DNA from: Paecilomyces variotii
Taxonomy: Eukaryota
DNA length: 64,000 nt
Reading direction: 5' to 3' (one strand)
Assembly (NCBI GenBank): GCA_004022145.1
Contig: RCNU01000008.1
Positions 50,137 to 61,114 of the stretch are shown piece by piece. Numbering within the stretch: the first letter of the stretch is position 1; each line of letters opens with the position of its first letter. Position numbers and translations under genes: made by a program. The notes under the pieces are model-generated. The model saw only the letters and a list, made by a program, of their open reading frames with translations. It was not told the origin of the DNA and ran no database searches.

Positions 50137-50503
50137 TGATGGTCCAAGATAATAAGGATTAGTATGGATATTCAGTGTTTTGTTGTGGTATAAGGTTACC
50201 TTAATGGGCGTTTGAGGAGAAAGAAATGATGGGGCTTGAATCGAGTTTGAGGGGTCGCAGACAATAAGTGTCCGAGGTTGAAGGCCTGATGGAGGGAACA
50301 ACTTGTAGTTGAGAGGATGGTAGCCTTGTAGGCACCTGGCCGTGACATGTAGACCTTTGATCTCGGTTCCCTAAGGGGTCCCGATCCGCGTTTGTTCATG
50401 GCACGGTACTTTCAAGTTTCATGGTCTATCCTCAGGGAAAAGGCACAGTATGATTCACATTCTGATATCGGTTCCTAGGTAACAATGTCTCTGCCGTGGA
50501 TTT
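50137..50503 (-). repeat. Promoter/5'UTR module, copy B (upstream of MTAP)
   Basis: Homologous and collinear with 48145-48532, same orientation, with small indels. Confidence 0.85.
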
Positions 50504-51243
50504 CTGATAAAGAAAAGGACCCTTGGTTTCAGCATTAAAACAGTCAGGCTGATGCTGCAGTCTGCTGAAGGCATCTCAGTTCGTCATACCTTGATCTCGA
50601 CGTATCATCTCCTCGATAATATCATCAAGGATCTGATGGGGTATCGAAAGACGTAAACGAGTATATGCACTGAAGCGCCAGGTGCCCTTCTGCGAAACCA
50701 CCTCGGATTCGCAACGAAGCGTCACTCCTGCTGAGAGTATGCGAGATAAAACAAAATTTATAAAGGGTAGACAAGCTGTAACGCTGAAACTCGCAGAACG
50801 TCACTCTCATGTGCATTTGGTAGAGGATCAAAGGTGTTACTCGATCTTTTCGTGAAGCTAATGAGCTCAAATCGCGCCTGGTTCGAGTTAGATCCCGTCA
50901 GCACGGAGAGTAATCCTCTTCTATTGTATAGGGAGAGTCTGAAAGCTTATCATCGTTGGAATGTTAAGTTACTATTCGACCTGGTCACCTCACTCACTCA
51001 CGCTGCAGTAAGTAGGCACAAGACTACCTAGGTATCTAACTGAGGTATATTCTCGACGTAACTATCTAAAGCTTTATATACACATGTAATAATGTCGAAA
51101 AGAACGTTACGCGTTCTTTTCAATCCTTTTGACGGTCGAGTAGTGGGTAAGAGATGTAGAGGAGATGAGAAGTGAGGGACTGATCTTTCTTGGGATTGCC
51201 ATGGGTGTACTCTGTATAGCGGTCAACGAGATCTTTAGAGTCC

Positions 51244-52313
51244 TCACACGTCAACCAGCGTTGGTTTGTCGATGGTCCTTCTAATCAGTCCCGCTTTACC
51301 GGGGAACTGAGACGCGTAGACGAGTTTCAGGATCATAACGGCGGATGCCCTTGACCTTAAAGATCTCCACAAGAGTCTGCACATGGCCCTCGTAGAGAGG
51401 GCAATTTGCCTCGATACCCAATCCCCAGTGGGGGTCAAGCGGCGCCACATCCATAATGGCCGTGAATCTGAAGCATTCACGGGCCTGCGCTTCAAGCTGA
51501 GATGTCTTCTGGCTGGCAACGGCGGGGGACTTTTCGTTCGCACGACGCCTTTTGGACCCCAGGGCTGGCTCGTCATTATTCTCGATATCATCGAACCAGG
51601 AGGGATATGCAAGGGCTCGATATTTGTCTCTGGATTTGCGACCGCTGATCTACTATACCGCCTGATTGGTAGTATTTCGATCACAGAGGCGATACCCTGG
51701 ATCTTTGCTTGTCCCTCTGCCACCTCGATCAATCCGTCGAAGCACGGCGGCATTAAGCCATTGTTGGGAGTTGTGATGGTTCTGGTACCTTGTTCGCCAG
51801 ACGGCCTAACGCACGAAACCATCCTTAAACTTGAATTTGGTTCATTAAACGTTTTTAGTAGACGCATCTATGAAGGTTATATTGAAAACTTATAATATGG
51901 TAAGGTGATACGCTTACCTTCTCCATATTTGACGGCTTTCGTGGTCGATCCTTCTCTTGGATAATCTATTGTATAGAAGTCGCTGAGCCAACATAGATAT
52001 GGGTACGTGATACTTCGCTGATCGGCCAGATCAGATGAGCATATACACCGGCATCAGTAGTGTCTATCCAATCAACGCCTTTCAACTCATCAAACGTAAG
52101 AGGGGTTCCATCGGTATCGAGAAGACATTTTATATGATCCGGAGTGTGTGTATTGAAATAAAGTAGGAGGTACTCATCGTCCCAGACTTGTAGGGTGATG
52201 TTCCATTCCTCTGTCATTGCCAGCCTCCTGAGGGCGATGAGGGTTTGCAAGACTCGGGCTTGGAAGTTTTCATATATATGGACAGCTATTCTGATGAAAA
52301 ACCAATATGTCAA
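51244..52313 (-). pseudogene. GIY-YIG-like endonuclease remnant
   Basis: DAGVYAHL...HIYVGSATS matches the GIY...YIG signature, followed directly by a stop and a GT-AG intron-like segment; downstream frames broken. Confidence 0.5.
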
Positions 52314-52427
52314 GGTACTAACGAAGGGCTATCGATGAGTACAACTTCCGAAATGCCGTTGTAGGCGCGTCTGAATTTTGCCTGGCCGCCCTTCCACCGC
52401 AAGCACGGCACGGGCGGATTTCAGAAG

Positions 52428-54210
52428 CTATAGACTCAAAACAAACCACAGGAACGACACCATATCTTCCCGACTCCGAGTATTTTCCTCACTTCGTTTT
52501 GCACCGTCTTCACGGTCTGTAGGTCGTGGAAGAGGGTTGTACATATACTGCCAGAAGTTATTGTATGCATCGGACTCTGAAGACCGGCGAAATGGTACAA
52601 GATAACGAGAGCTGTCAAAATTATTCAGGTTTGGAAGCTGACTGGGCTCGTGGATGAGGAATATCTCGTGCCATCGTGGAGTCTCGCGTAACCTCGTCAG
52701 AGCATTAATCTGACGTCTCAGCTGTGCCTCGTTCTCCTCAAACGTTAAAGCTGTATTCATGAAATGAAGTAATTCGTTTGGCCTTGACACTTGCTTCCGA
52801 TTACTTCCATGACCTTGATGGAAGGAATAATTCTTCGACTCTGCCTTGTTGATCCTGACTACGGCATAGACAGTCGAATCATCATAGATCACGAATGCGA
52901 TCTGGATCAGTTTATCCATAAGCCGTTTGAAATGGATGTTGTTTACACGCCAGTCCAAATCCGCAAGCGCGTAAGCTAGCTTGAGGCTGCCCTCATGCAC
53001 TATACGGATCTCATGCAGCTGCTCTGCATTCCAAGCCTTTAAATTGAGTATTGCGACAAATGCGACCACATGCGACAAGAATTGGAAGCTCTGCAATTAA
53101 TTGCTGTGGGTTTTTGGCATTTTGAATTCCGGATTGAACCAGAAAAGAACGTGTATGAGGAGGTTTTTCACAATAGGCCCAAGTATTGTCTCGAACTCTT
53201 TATGCACCTATTAAGAATCCAAATCATAAAAGGCGTTTATTGTCGGAAGCAGACTGGGTTCGTGGTTCAAGAAGGCCAAATGCCAGTTTCGATTATCGCG
53301 TAATTTTCAGATTACGTCGATTTGTCTCCTCAAGGGCACTTTATTTTCCTCGAATTCGAGAGATAAAACGATAAATTTGAGAGGTTTGTTAGGAGTTGTC
53401 ACAAAGTCCTCGAAACGTAGCGATTATTTCCCGTATATGACGATATGGATATCATCTTTGTGGATATCTGCGTGGTCGGGGATTGCAAAGCCATTATAGA
53501 AGATCTGGGAAATATGCTCATCTGGCATGAATACAATTTCAACTCGAGTACTGTCAGAGATGATAAGATTTGAATCTTTAAGGAAGTTCCCTGCGTTTTC
53601 AACCTCGTCCGGTCTGAGTGGCACCCGGACATGTATCTACCTCTTTTCCTGTGAATAGGAGGAGGTGACCATGAACAGGAAAATCCAAGAACGTAAGTTC
53701 TTCAGGGATTCGCCGAGGACTTGCCATGGACCCGCTCATGGTTTCCCTGCAAGTGTTCGGTAAGGGTCCTTCGCGCGTCATCTAGGCGCTTGACACGGTC
53801 GACTGCGTTTTCTGCTTCTCCCATTTGCGTGTCTTCGGCGACATCGAGGCGCGATTCGGGGATAAAGCCCATGAGTGCTTCCGCTGGTGCGATTCCGGTT
53901 GCGCTATGTCGGGATTTATTGTAGACCAGTTGCGCCACTGGCAATAGGCTGGCCCAGTTATCCTGCTCGAAGTTAGTATATGCTCGCAAGTAGTGCTCAA
54001 GTACCTGGTTTTGGTGCTCCGTCTGTCCATCGGTCTGCGGGTGGAAAGCGGTTGATAGACCGCGTTTTGCCCCTATGCGAGGCGGAGTGTCTCCCAGTAC
54101 TTGCTCTTTTCGATAAAGCAGACAAACTTACATTAAGTGTCGGGGTGTGGCCATCCTGTGCCGTCTCCTGCAACTCTACCTTTAGTTGTACGGTGTCCCC
54201 CTGGTCTTCA
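52428..54210 (-). pseudogene. N-terminal remnant of the DNA2/NAM7 helicase family, copy 4
   Basis: IISDSTRVEIVFMPDE..NGFAIPDHADIHKDDIHIVIYG aligns with copy 1 IVPGNTHFFIAFTPKE..AGIVIPDYVSIKQGNIYIAVHG; EAQLRRQINAL aligns with EAPIKRQINAL. Confidence 0.6.
53702..54104 (-). mobile_element. Ty3/Gypsy integrase fragment (~400 bp)
   Basis: LSTAFHPQTDGQTEHQNQVLEHYLRAYTNFEQDNWASLLPVAQLVYNKSRHSATGIAPAEALMG. Confidence 0.9.
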
Positions 54211-54370
54211 CAATGAAGTGCCTCGTGTTACAAATTGGGAAGTCAATATAAAAAGCGTCATTTTAAGTAGGGACGACGAGATGCATGAGCATATAGAGAT
54301 CGCGATAAGGGACTGTTCAAACCAGAAAAAGAAGAGAGTATACGGCCCGAAGTCTTATCAAGAACAATCG

Positions 54371-54438
54371 AAAACATCTGGTACATATATACATTGAATA
54401 ACTCAAAATATCTGGTACATATATACATTGAATAACTC
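54371..54438. repeat. 34-bp direct tandem duplication
   Basis: aaaaYatctggtacatatatacattgaataactc twice, one mismatch. Confidence 0.9.
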
Positions 54439-56063
54439 AAGATAAGTAGTCAACAAAGGGGGGTTCATAAATGTATGTATATGTATATCTGATGAGAAAA
54501 AAATCGGAGGGCCAGAGAGGAAGATGGCTGTATTTATGTCCGAGAGATCTGGTCTCGAAGCGGGGTTTCAGCAATTCCTTCGCACTTACAGTCCGCGAAT
54601 ATAGGATTCATCAAATTGGCACCTCAATTGTCGGATCTCCCCTTTCCTCGGACGTCTCTATGAGGGGAATGCTGCGGGGTTGAGATGTGAATTTCCTTCT
54701 TTCGTGCATTCCTATCAGCCCTCACGGCTTCTGTGAAGACGAGCTGCAAACCTGCTGCAATCCGCTGCTCCTATCCTATACAAACCGGGTAGCAGCTGCA
54801 ACGGGGAGCTACCTGGATCCACCTGTATGGGATCAAAGAAGACGGAGCTAGAACCGTAGAACAGTTTAGTTGGAGATTCAGTTCGGCTCCTGGCAGCTGC
54901 AATATTAGGATAGAGTCAGGGAACAGAGATAGCTGATAGGTTTCGGCGACCTCCAGCTCTCTGAGCAATTAAGAAATTATTCCCGTACAAGTGCTCCTCC
55001 AGAACCTTTGCTCCGTGATCCTAGATTTCCGCAGTTCCTCTATGACTTGCCCTGCCCTTGCAATACCGGCGGACCTCTCCATATTCTCTCGTCCTGGGAA
55101 TGCTCTTATTCCCCTTAGCAAACTCGTCGGACATCCCACACATCGCATCATCTTCACTGGTTGTACAATGCAATTACTAACCCATTTCCATTCCCTTTTC
55201 GGGAATGCGCGTCAGTATCCCAGACATGTAGGGTAACTGCATTTCCCTCTCACCAAGAGCAAGGGAATGGCATGTGGAATACGTAGCACCCTCGTGCGTA
55301 ACTGCCCGTCACTCTTCCGAATGATAGCCCTCCAGCCAGTAGGTTTCCAGCGGACCTCTCAGGATGAGAACAATGTCAGCTTGTCGTGCGTATATTTTAC
55401 TGTTGTCCTAGAGTATTTGATATTTTATAGTCTTGGATTGAACGGCGTACATATACTGTCTATGAGATTCCTTACGTTACGCGAACTCACTACGGATATA
55501 TATATTCCTAGACAGAGCTAGAGCGTGACTAGACTTCGCATCAGGCGAGCCGGTCGGTATGCATCAGATAGCGCGATTCTTATTTGCAGTCGAATGAGCA
55601 TGTACTGTAGATGAAGTTACGCGCTAAATCCTTGGACGAAGCATCGACAGTACTTAGGTTCATTCATCTCCAGACGGCCAAAAAAAAGAGCGACAAGAAT
55701 AGGAATGAAGAGCAAAAAAAGAAATCGCTTTGCATCATCCGTGAATCGAACACGGGCCTCGTCGATGGCAACGACGAATTCTACCACTAGACCAATGATG
55801 CTTGCTTGTTAGTGTGGTGGAGAAATTTGAATAATATCGAAGGCGAATGTGGGGTGGATAGTTGCTATCTCAACTGATAAACTTTGACGTCGCCAGGCAA
55901 GGTTAGAGTGCTTGCCAAGCGTCGCGCGTCTAACGCGTCGGGCGCGAACACGGACCATACTCAACTGCGCTTGAACAATATCGCAAGAGGCTATCAACTG
56001 TTAGTATCTTGGATTTGTTCTGTAACGGTACCAAAAGCTACGTGGTAGCATCAAATCGGCAAC

Positions 56064-57365
56064 ATGCCTCTTGTACGGAAACGGCGCGCAGTATGTTTCA
56101 TCCTCATCGTTCCCGACTCCCTGCGCTCCTATGCACGGACGTATGTACATTAAAATGAAGTCGCATACTTATCAAGAGCGAATTACAGCAGCCAGAACCA
56201 GAAGCGAGCGAAGATGAAGCGTCTTCATCTTCTGAAGTGGGAGAACAGACACAGCATGATTCTCGACGCCAGCGACGACGAACTGACGATGTACAACCGG
56301 ACGACTCTGGCGACTCCGAATCGTCCGGCAATGAGGTGGAGGCGCCTACTATGGTTGACGTGATGGTCAAGAAGATGGTGCGCCTGGCGCTGGCGAGCGA
56401 GTATTCACGACAACCGATCCGGCGCACCGATATTAGCGCGAAAGTTTTGGGAGAGCAAGGATCGCGACGGTTCAAGGCAGTTTTCGATGAGGCTCAGACA
56501 GTTCTAAGGAAGAGGTTTGGTATGGAGATGGTCGAATTACCAGGCAAGGAAAAGGTTACAATTAGCCAACGAAGAGGTGGGTTCTGGTATTTTCTCTTCT
56601 GTTCCTGGTGATAATGCAGGATTCGTGTTTTTTACTCCCTTCTCAACCTGCCCTGAACAACAAGCATGCTTTCCGAAAAGAAGTGCTTTATATGATTGAT
56701 TAACTTATATCTATGCAGCTGCACAACGTGTCGAGAAGCAATCATCCGCTACGAAATCGTGGATACTAACAAGTACCCTTCCTCCCGCCTACCGAACTCC
56801 GACCATAATTCCACCGACGAAAGCCCCGTCATCATGGACCGAAAGTACCTACACTGCCCTTTACACCTTCATAATCTCCGTCATCAGCCTTAATGGAGGC
56901 TCTCTTCCGGAGCAAAAGCTCGATCGCTACCTGAGGCGTACCAATGCTGAAGCATACACACCGATCGACCGCACGGAACGGTTGTTGCAGCGGCTTTGCA
57001 AGGATGGGTATCTGGTTCGCAATCGAGAAATGGATGGTGGAGAGGAAGTGATTGAGTACATGGTTGGTCCTAGAGGAAAAATCGAAGTCGGGGAAAATGG
57101 TGTTGCTGGACTAGTCAGGGAGGTCTACGGGCGCCCGGACCCTGCTATGCTGAATGGCAATACGGCGAGTGCAGAAGACAAGGAGGAGATGGAAGAATTC
57201 GAAAGCAGACTCCGGAGGAGTCTTGGATTAGGAAAGCAGAAGCCAGAGAATAATTCTGGCGACCAGGCTGCAGAGACTCAAGCGAGAGGCCAAGGGGCGA
57301 GGCGTACTCGGAGACGCACCGGAGACGAAGAACCCGAAGAAGATGAGGAGGATAGTGATGTTTGA
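56064..57365 (+). CDS. NSE3: MAGE-domain Smc5/6 subunit Nse3, 3 exons
   Basis: MVKKMVRLALASEYSRQPIRRTDISAKVLG...FGMEMVELP...SWILTSTLP...LCKDGYL...EYMVGPRGKIE; introns begin at 56091 and ~56577. Confidence 0.87.
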
Positions 57366-58063
57366 AATACCTCATCTCGATGTTGGAAATCTGGCGGTTG
57401 TCCGTTGCACTACGATATGATACCTTATATGATATCCCTTGTGAGCATGTTAGATCTGTACTGGTCCATTGTATAATACTTGATTTTTCTCTTGCAGTAA
57501 TACGGACTTTGGACTAAGAGATGACGGCTGTGGAAATCGTTTGTCATGGATATTTGGGCAATTTTTTTTTTTTTTTTTTTGTTTTTCCTGGGACCACTCT
57601 ATTCCAGCGTAGCTGTCATTGACAGTCGCACGTGGCTATCACCAGATCATTCAGGCAAGACGTAGATCGTCTAAGCAACCCGGATCGGGTCTACTGAGTT
57701 ACTCTATAGTGAACAGACCAAGGAAATAGAAAGACAAAGGAGAAAAGAAACCAGGGACAAGGGCTATGAGCTTCATCTCTGTCGCCAGGTACTAAGTGAC
57801 GCCATATTTGGGACAAGTTTGTCCGATGTAAAGTGAAATGGACAGCGAGGGAACTGATCGACCAGCTGCGAGATACTCAAGTTAACTCACAATCTTGATC
57901 GCGTCCTCAAACCGAAAACCATGCTTGACCTCAACACCAGTGTTGTAGTCCGTAAGATAGAAAAAGGACAGATACTGTTAGACTGTCGGCGGAAGATCGC
58001 CAAGATATCCACGGATCTGCCCTGTCCGACAGATGACCTAGGTCAGTTGTTCAGTATGACTTA

Positions 58064-58709
58064 TCAGTCGCTGTCACTCGCACTGCCTTCATCGCCATCT
58101 TCATCGGCTTCTCTGACACCTTCATTGAGAATGTATTCGGCCTTCTGCAGCGCTAGCTTGATTTCGTCGTTGTCATAGACTAGGTCGATAGCCTTCTGAC
58201 CGTGCTTATTCTTGACGCGGGGGTCGCATCCAGCCTCACACATCATCTCGATCATTTCAAGACCGAGCTTTGAATCCTTTTCGTTGGCAAAGCGAACAGC
58301 AGTGTGAAGGGGGGCTTCCTTATCGACACGCGTGAGAGGGTCGCATTCGAAATACTGGATATCGAAGAGGGCGTCCATGACATCGTCTATAATAATTATA
58401 GTCAGGAGTTTGTTCTCATCTCCCCAAGTTCAGCAAAGATTGGCGGACTCACAGCTTCCATACATGGCGCATATGTGGAGCGCATAGTTACCGAGAGCAT
58501 CGGTGACGGAGTTGAAGAACTCGGCGATCTCTTCGTTCGACTTGTTTTCCATGCCATGAATAACCTGCTCGATCAGATGAGGCTGGTCACGGCGGCACGC
58601 CTCGACGACCAGCTCGCGAGGAGATGCACCCTGTTCGAATAGTCAGTATCTTAGTGCTGCCTAATAATGGCTTATAAACCCGACCGCCGCTCACCTCGTC
58701 GTCCGCCAT
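58064..58709 (-). CDS. Small conserved ankyrin-repeat protein, 3 exons
   Basis: GASPRELVVEACRRD, DALGNYALHICA, EAPLHTAV, AGCDPRVKNKHGQKAIDL. Confidence 0.85.
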
Positions 58710-59362
58710 TCTTGCTCTAGACCACGACAAAAATTGGCCTATATGAAAACAGGACCGTAGAAAGCGTACGCAGACGCGTAGATATCTTGCAGAAGGCCGA
58801 TAAGTAGTTCTCTACACGATTGCGCTCGTATGCGGGGCAGGGATCGGAAGTAGCGGGGTGACGAGAGATGAGGACAGGGGAGCGCGTCACTGTGGGTTTA
58901 AATATTTCAAAAAGAGGCTAGAGTATATATGTACATATAAGCGAAATAACCAACTATAGCAATCTCGAAAAGCTGTCAGGTGGACTGGCAATTCCACCTG
59001 GACAGACTGTTGTTTTCTAAATGCTTTCTACAATCTACAAGATGGTTGACTATCCTGACTCCCTAAACATCGATAGCCGCTCGGAGTTGTAGATTATCCG
59101 TGCCGATATTTCTGCTTCCGATGCCCCACGTCGTACGCGCTGCCGGCGGTTGCCGCGCGGTTAGACAGTATTTCCCGCCCACTGATGATGCTGCACGATA
59201 AGAGCCCTATCAAAAGCTTTCTCGTGCACCAGGCTTGAAGCTGGCTAGGATGCTGAAGAAAGGTGTCATGAATATCTATCGTTCTTGACCAGTGCTGGAT
59301 CATGTATTTATATTATATATCTTCAGACCTGACCTCTTCTTAATCTGAATCAATCCTCCAAG

Positions 59363-59925
59363 ATGCCCTTGACCTGTGAGTCTTCTCCGTCTGAATGCTC
59401 GTCATTCCGCCACCTTAAAAATGAGTCTCTTGATGCTGATAGAGTCGATTACTGCTCTAGTTTGTCCCAACTGCAGCAACGTGCTGACTATCTCCCGCGC
59501 TGAGCCCTCCTCGCAATATCCTCTTGGCGTCAACCGTTTCGAATGCCGTACATGCCCTTACCAATATGTCCTGGATGTCGAATACTTCGAAAAGACAGAC
59601 ATGAAGCAGAAAGAGGTAGAGGATGTCTTTGGCGGCAAGGAGGAGTTTAAGAATGCGGATACGGTAGCAAGTGAGTTCCTCTGGGGTATCTACGCTGCTG
59701 GCATGAATCAGAAAGGCTAATGCAGCTGTCTTCTCACAGCCCAGTGTCCCGCGGAAGGGTGCAATGGAGAGCGGGCATACTTCTTCCAGCTCCAGATTCG
59801 TAGTGCCGATGAGCCTATGACCACATTCCTCAAGGTGCGCATTGTCTCTTACAGCTCTTGCTTGTTCTCTACTGATCTTAGGATGCCAGTGTACCTCATG
59901 CGGCACTCGATGGAGAGAAAACTGA
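59363..59925 (+). CDS. RPC11: RNA polymerase III subunit C11, 4 exons
   Basis: CPNCSNVL...FECRTCPY...CNGERAYFFQLQIRSADEPMTTFLKCTSCGTRWREN. Confidence 0.93.
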
Positions 59926-60799
59926 TCCGATATGATGGTACTCGTGCTTTTTTTTTTGGTGTTTCTTTGGATAAGAGTGAAACAGAACCTGATAGTGGGC
60001 TAGATGGATTAAGTGAGAGAGATCGTCTCGGCATGTCTACAATAGTAATGATAGATGATACCCCGCACTGTGAAACAGAAAGTAAAAATTTTTTGAAACC
60101 TGCGAAGCGGGATCCTACGGTGGCTAGGTGGAATCTTGGAATCCTTGTTTTTTTTTTTTTTTTCTTTTCTTTTATTGGGACCACAGCTACGTATCGTATT
60201 GACATCAAAGGAAAATTGTACAATTATTATTCCCCAATATACCTGCAGCCACCCGGTATCTGGATCTAGATCTTGAACTGTAACCTTGTCCTTTCCCGAA
60301 GACGGGATGTGGCAACAAAGAAAGAAAAATTCTTCGTCGAGGCTCCCACGGCGCCAATTCCAAAATAAAAGGAAGCTTGATGGATATGTCAATCACAGCC
60401 CCGCATCAAGCTCTTTTTGGCGACCGCGCCACTTGTTCGCTGGCGACGGATGGCAAATGGGAGGAGGGGCATCTGGTAAAAGCATGCAAACATGAGGGAT
60501 AGCGCTTGCATCCAGGCCAGCGCAGCGGTGTGGGCTGCTGGCGTTGATGCCCAGTACACTGCATCGGGACCCGTTATTTGAGGGGAGGTTGATGGGCAGG
60601 AGAGTCAAGGAGAGTCCAAGGAGAGTCAGAAGAGTGGGGTCCGCAGCGAAAACTTCTACCAGGGTTCGCCGCTGGCTGGGCAGGCAGTCTTTTCTTGCCG
60701 CCAAAACAGCTGAGCTCTTTGGTCGAGTCCGCCAGCCGACAGTTACTACTAAGTGAAGATTCTGCGCTGGTGCCGCACAACCAGGGTGGGGCATCGTCC

Positions 60800-61010
60800 C
60801 CTCCACGGCCAATGGCACGCACGGCTGCGGGAGGGCTTGAGCCCGCCTGCTTAGTCGCCCTCTCGCTTGCCCCTCCATATAAGGATTTCCCCTCCTCCCC
60901 TCCCACAAGATTTTTTCCTTCTTTCTCCCCCTCGTCTGCTTCAGTACGTATAACTCCCCTCCCGTCCAGCTTCGCGCTTCCTCTTCCTTTCTTCTCACTA
61001 ACCATCTGTC
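60800..61010 (+). promoter_or_regulatory. TEF1 core promoter: CCAAT box, TATA-like element and CT-rich tract
   Basis: ggccaatgg (~60807), catataagg (~60876), then a long pyrimidine-rich tract upstream of the ATG. Confidence 0.5.
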
Positions 61011-61114
61011 TCAGCACCTCTACGCATTCGGCCGTAGTATCTGAGCGCCCTCCGGAATCCTTCTAGTATCTTACAAAGACACTACAAGAATTCACATCTC
61101 ACAACACCGCCGCC

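Noticed and set aside
54700-55330. Minus-strand fragments vaguely like a fungal transcription-factor C-terminal domain
   Set aside because: Too degenerate to support a call by eye
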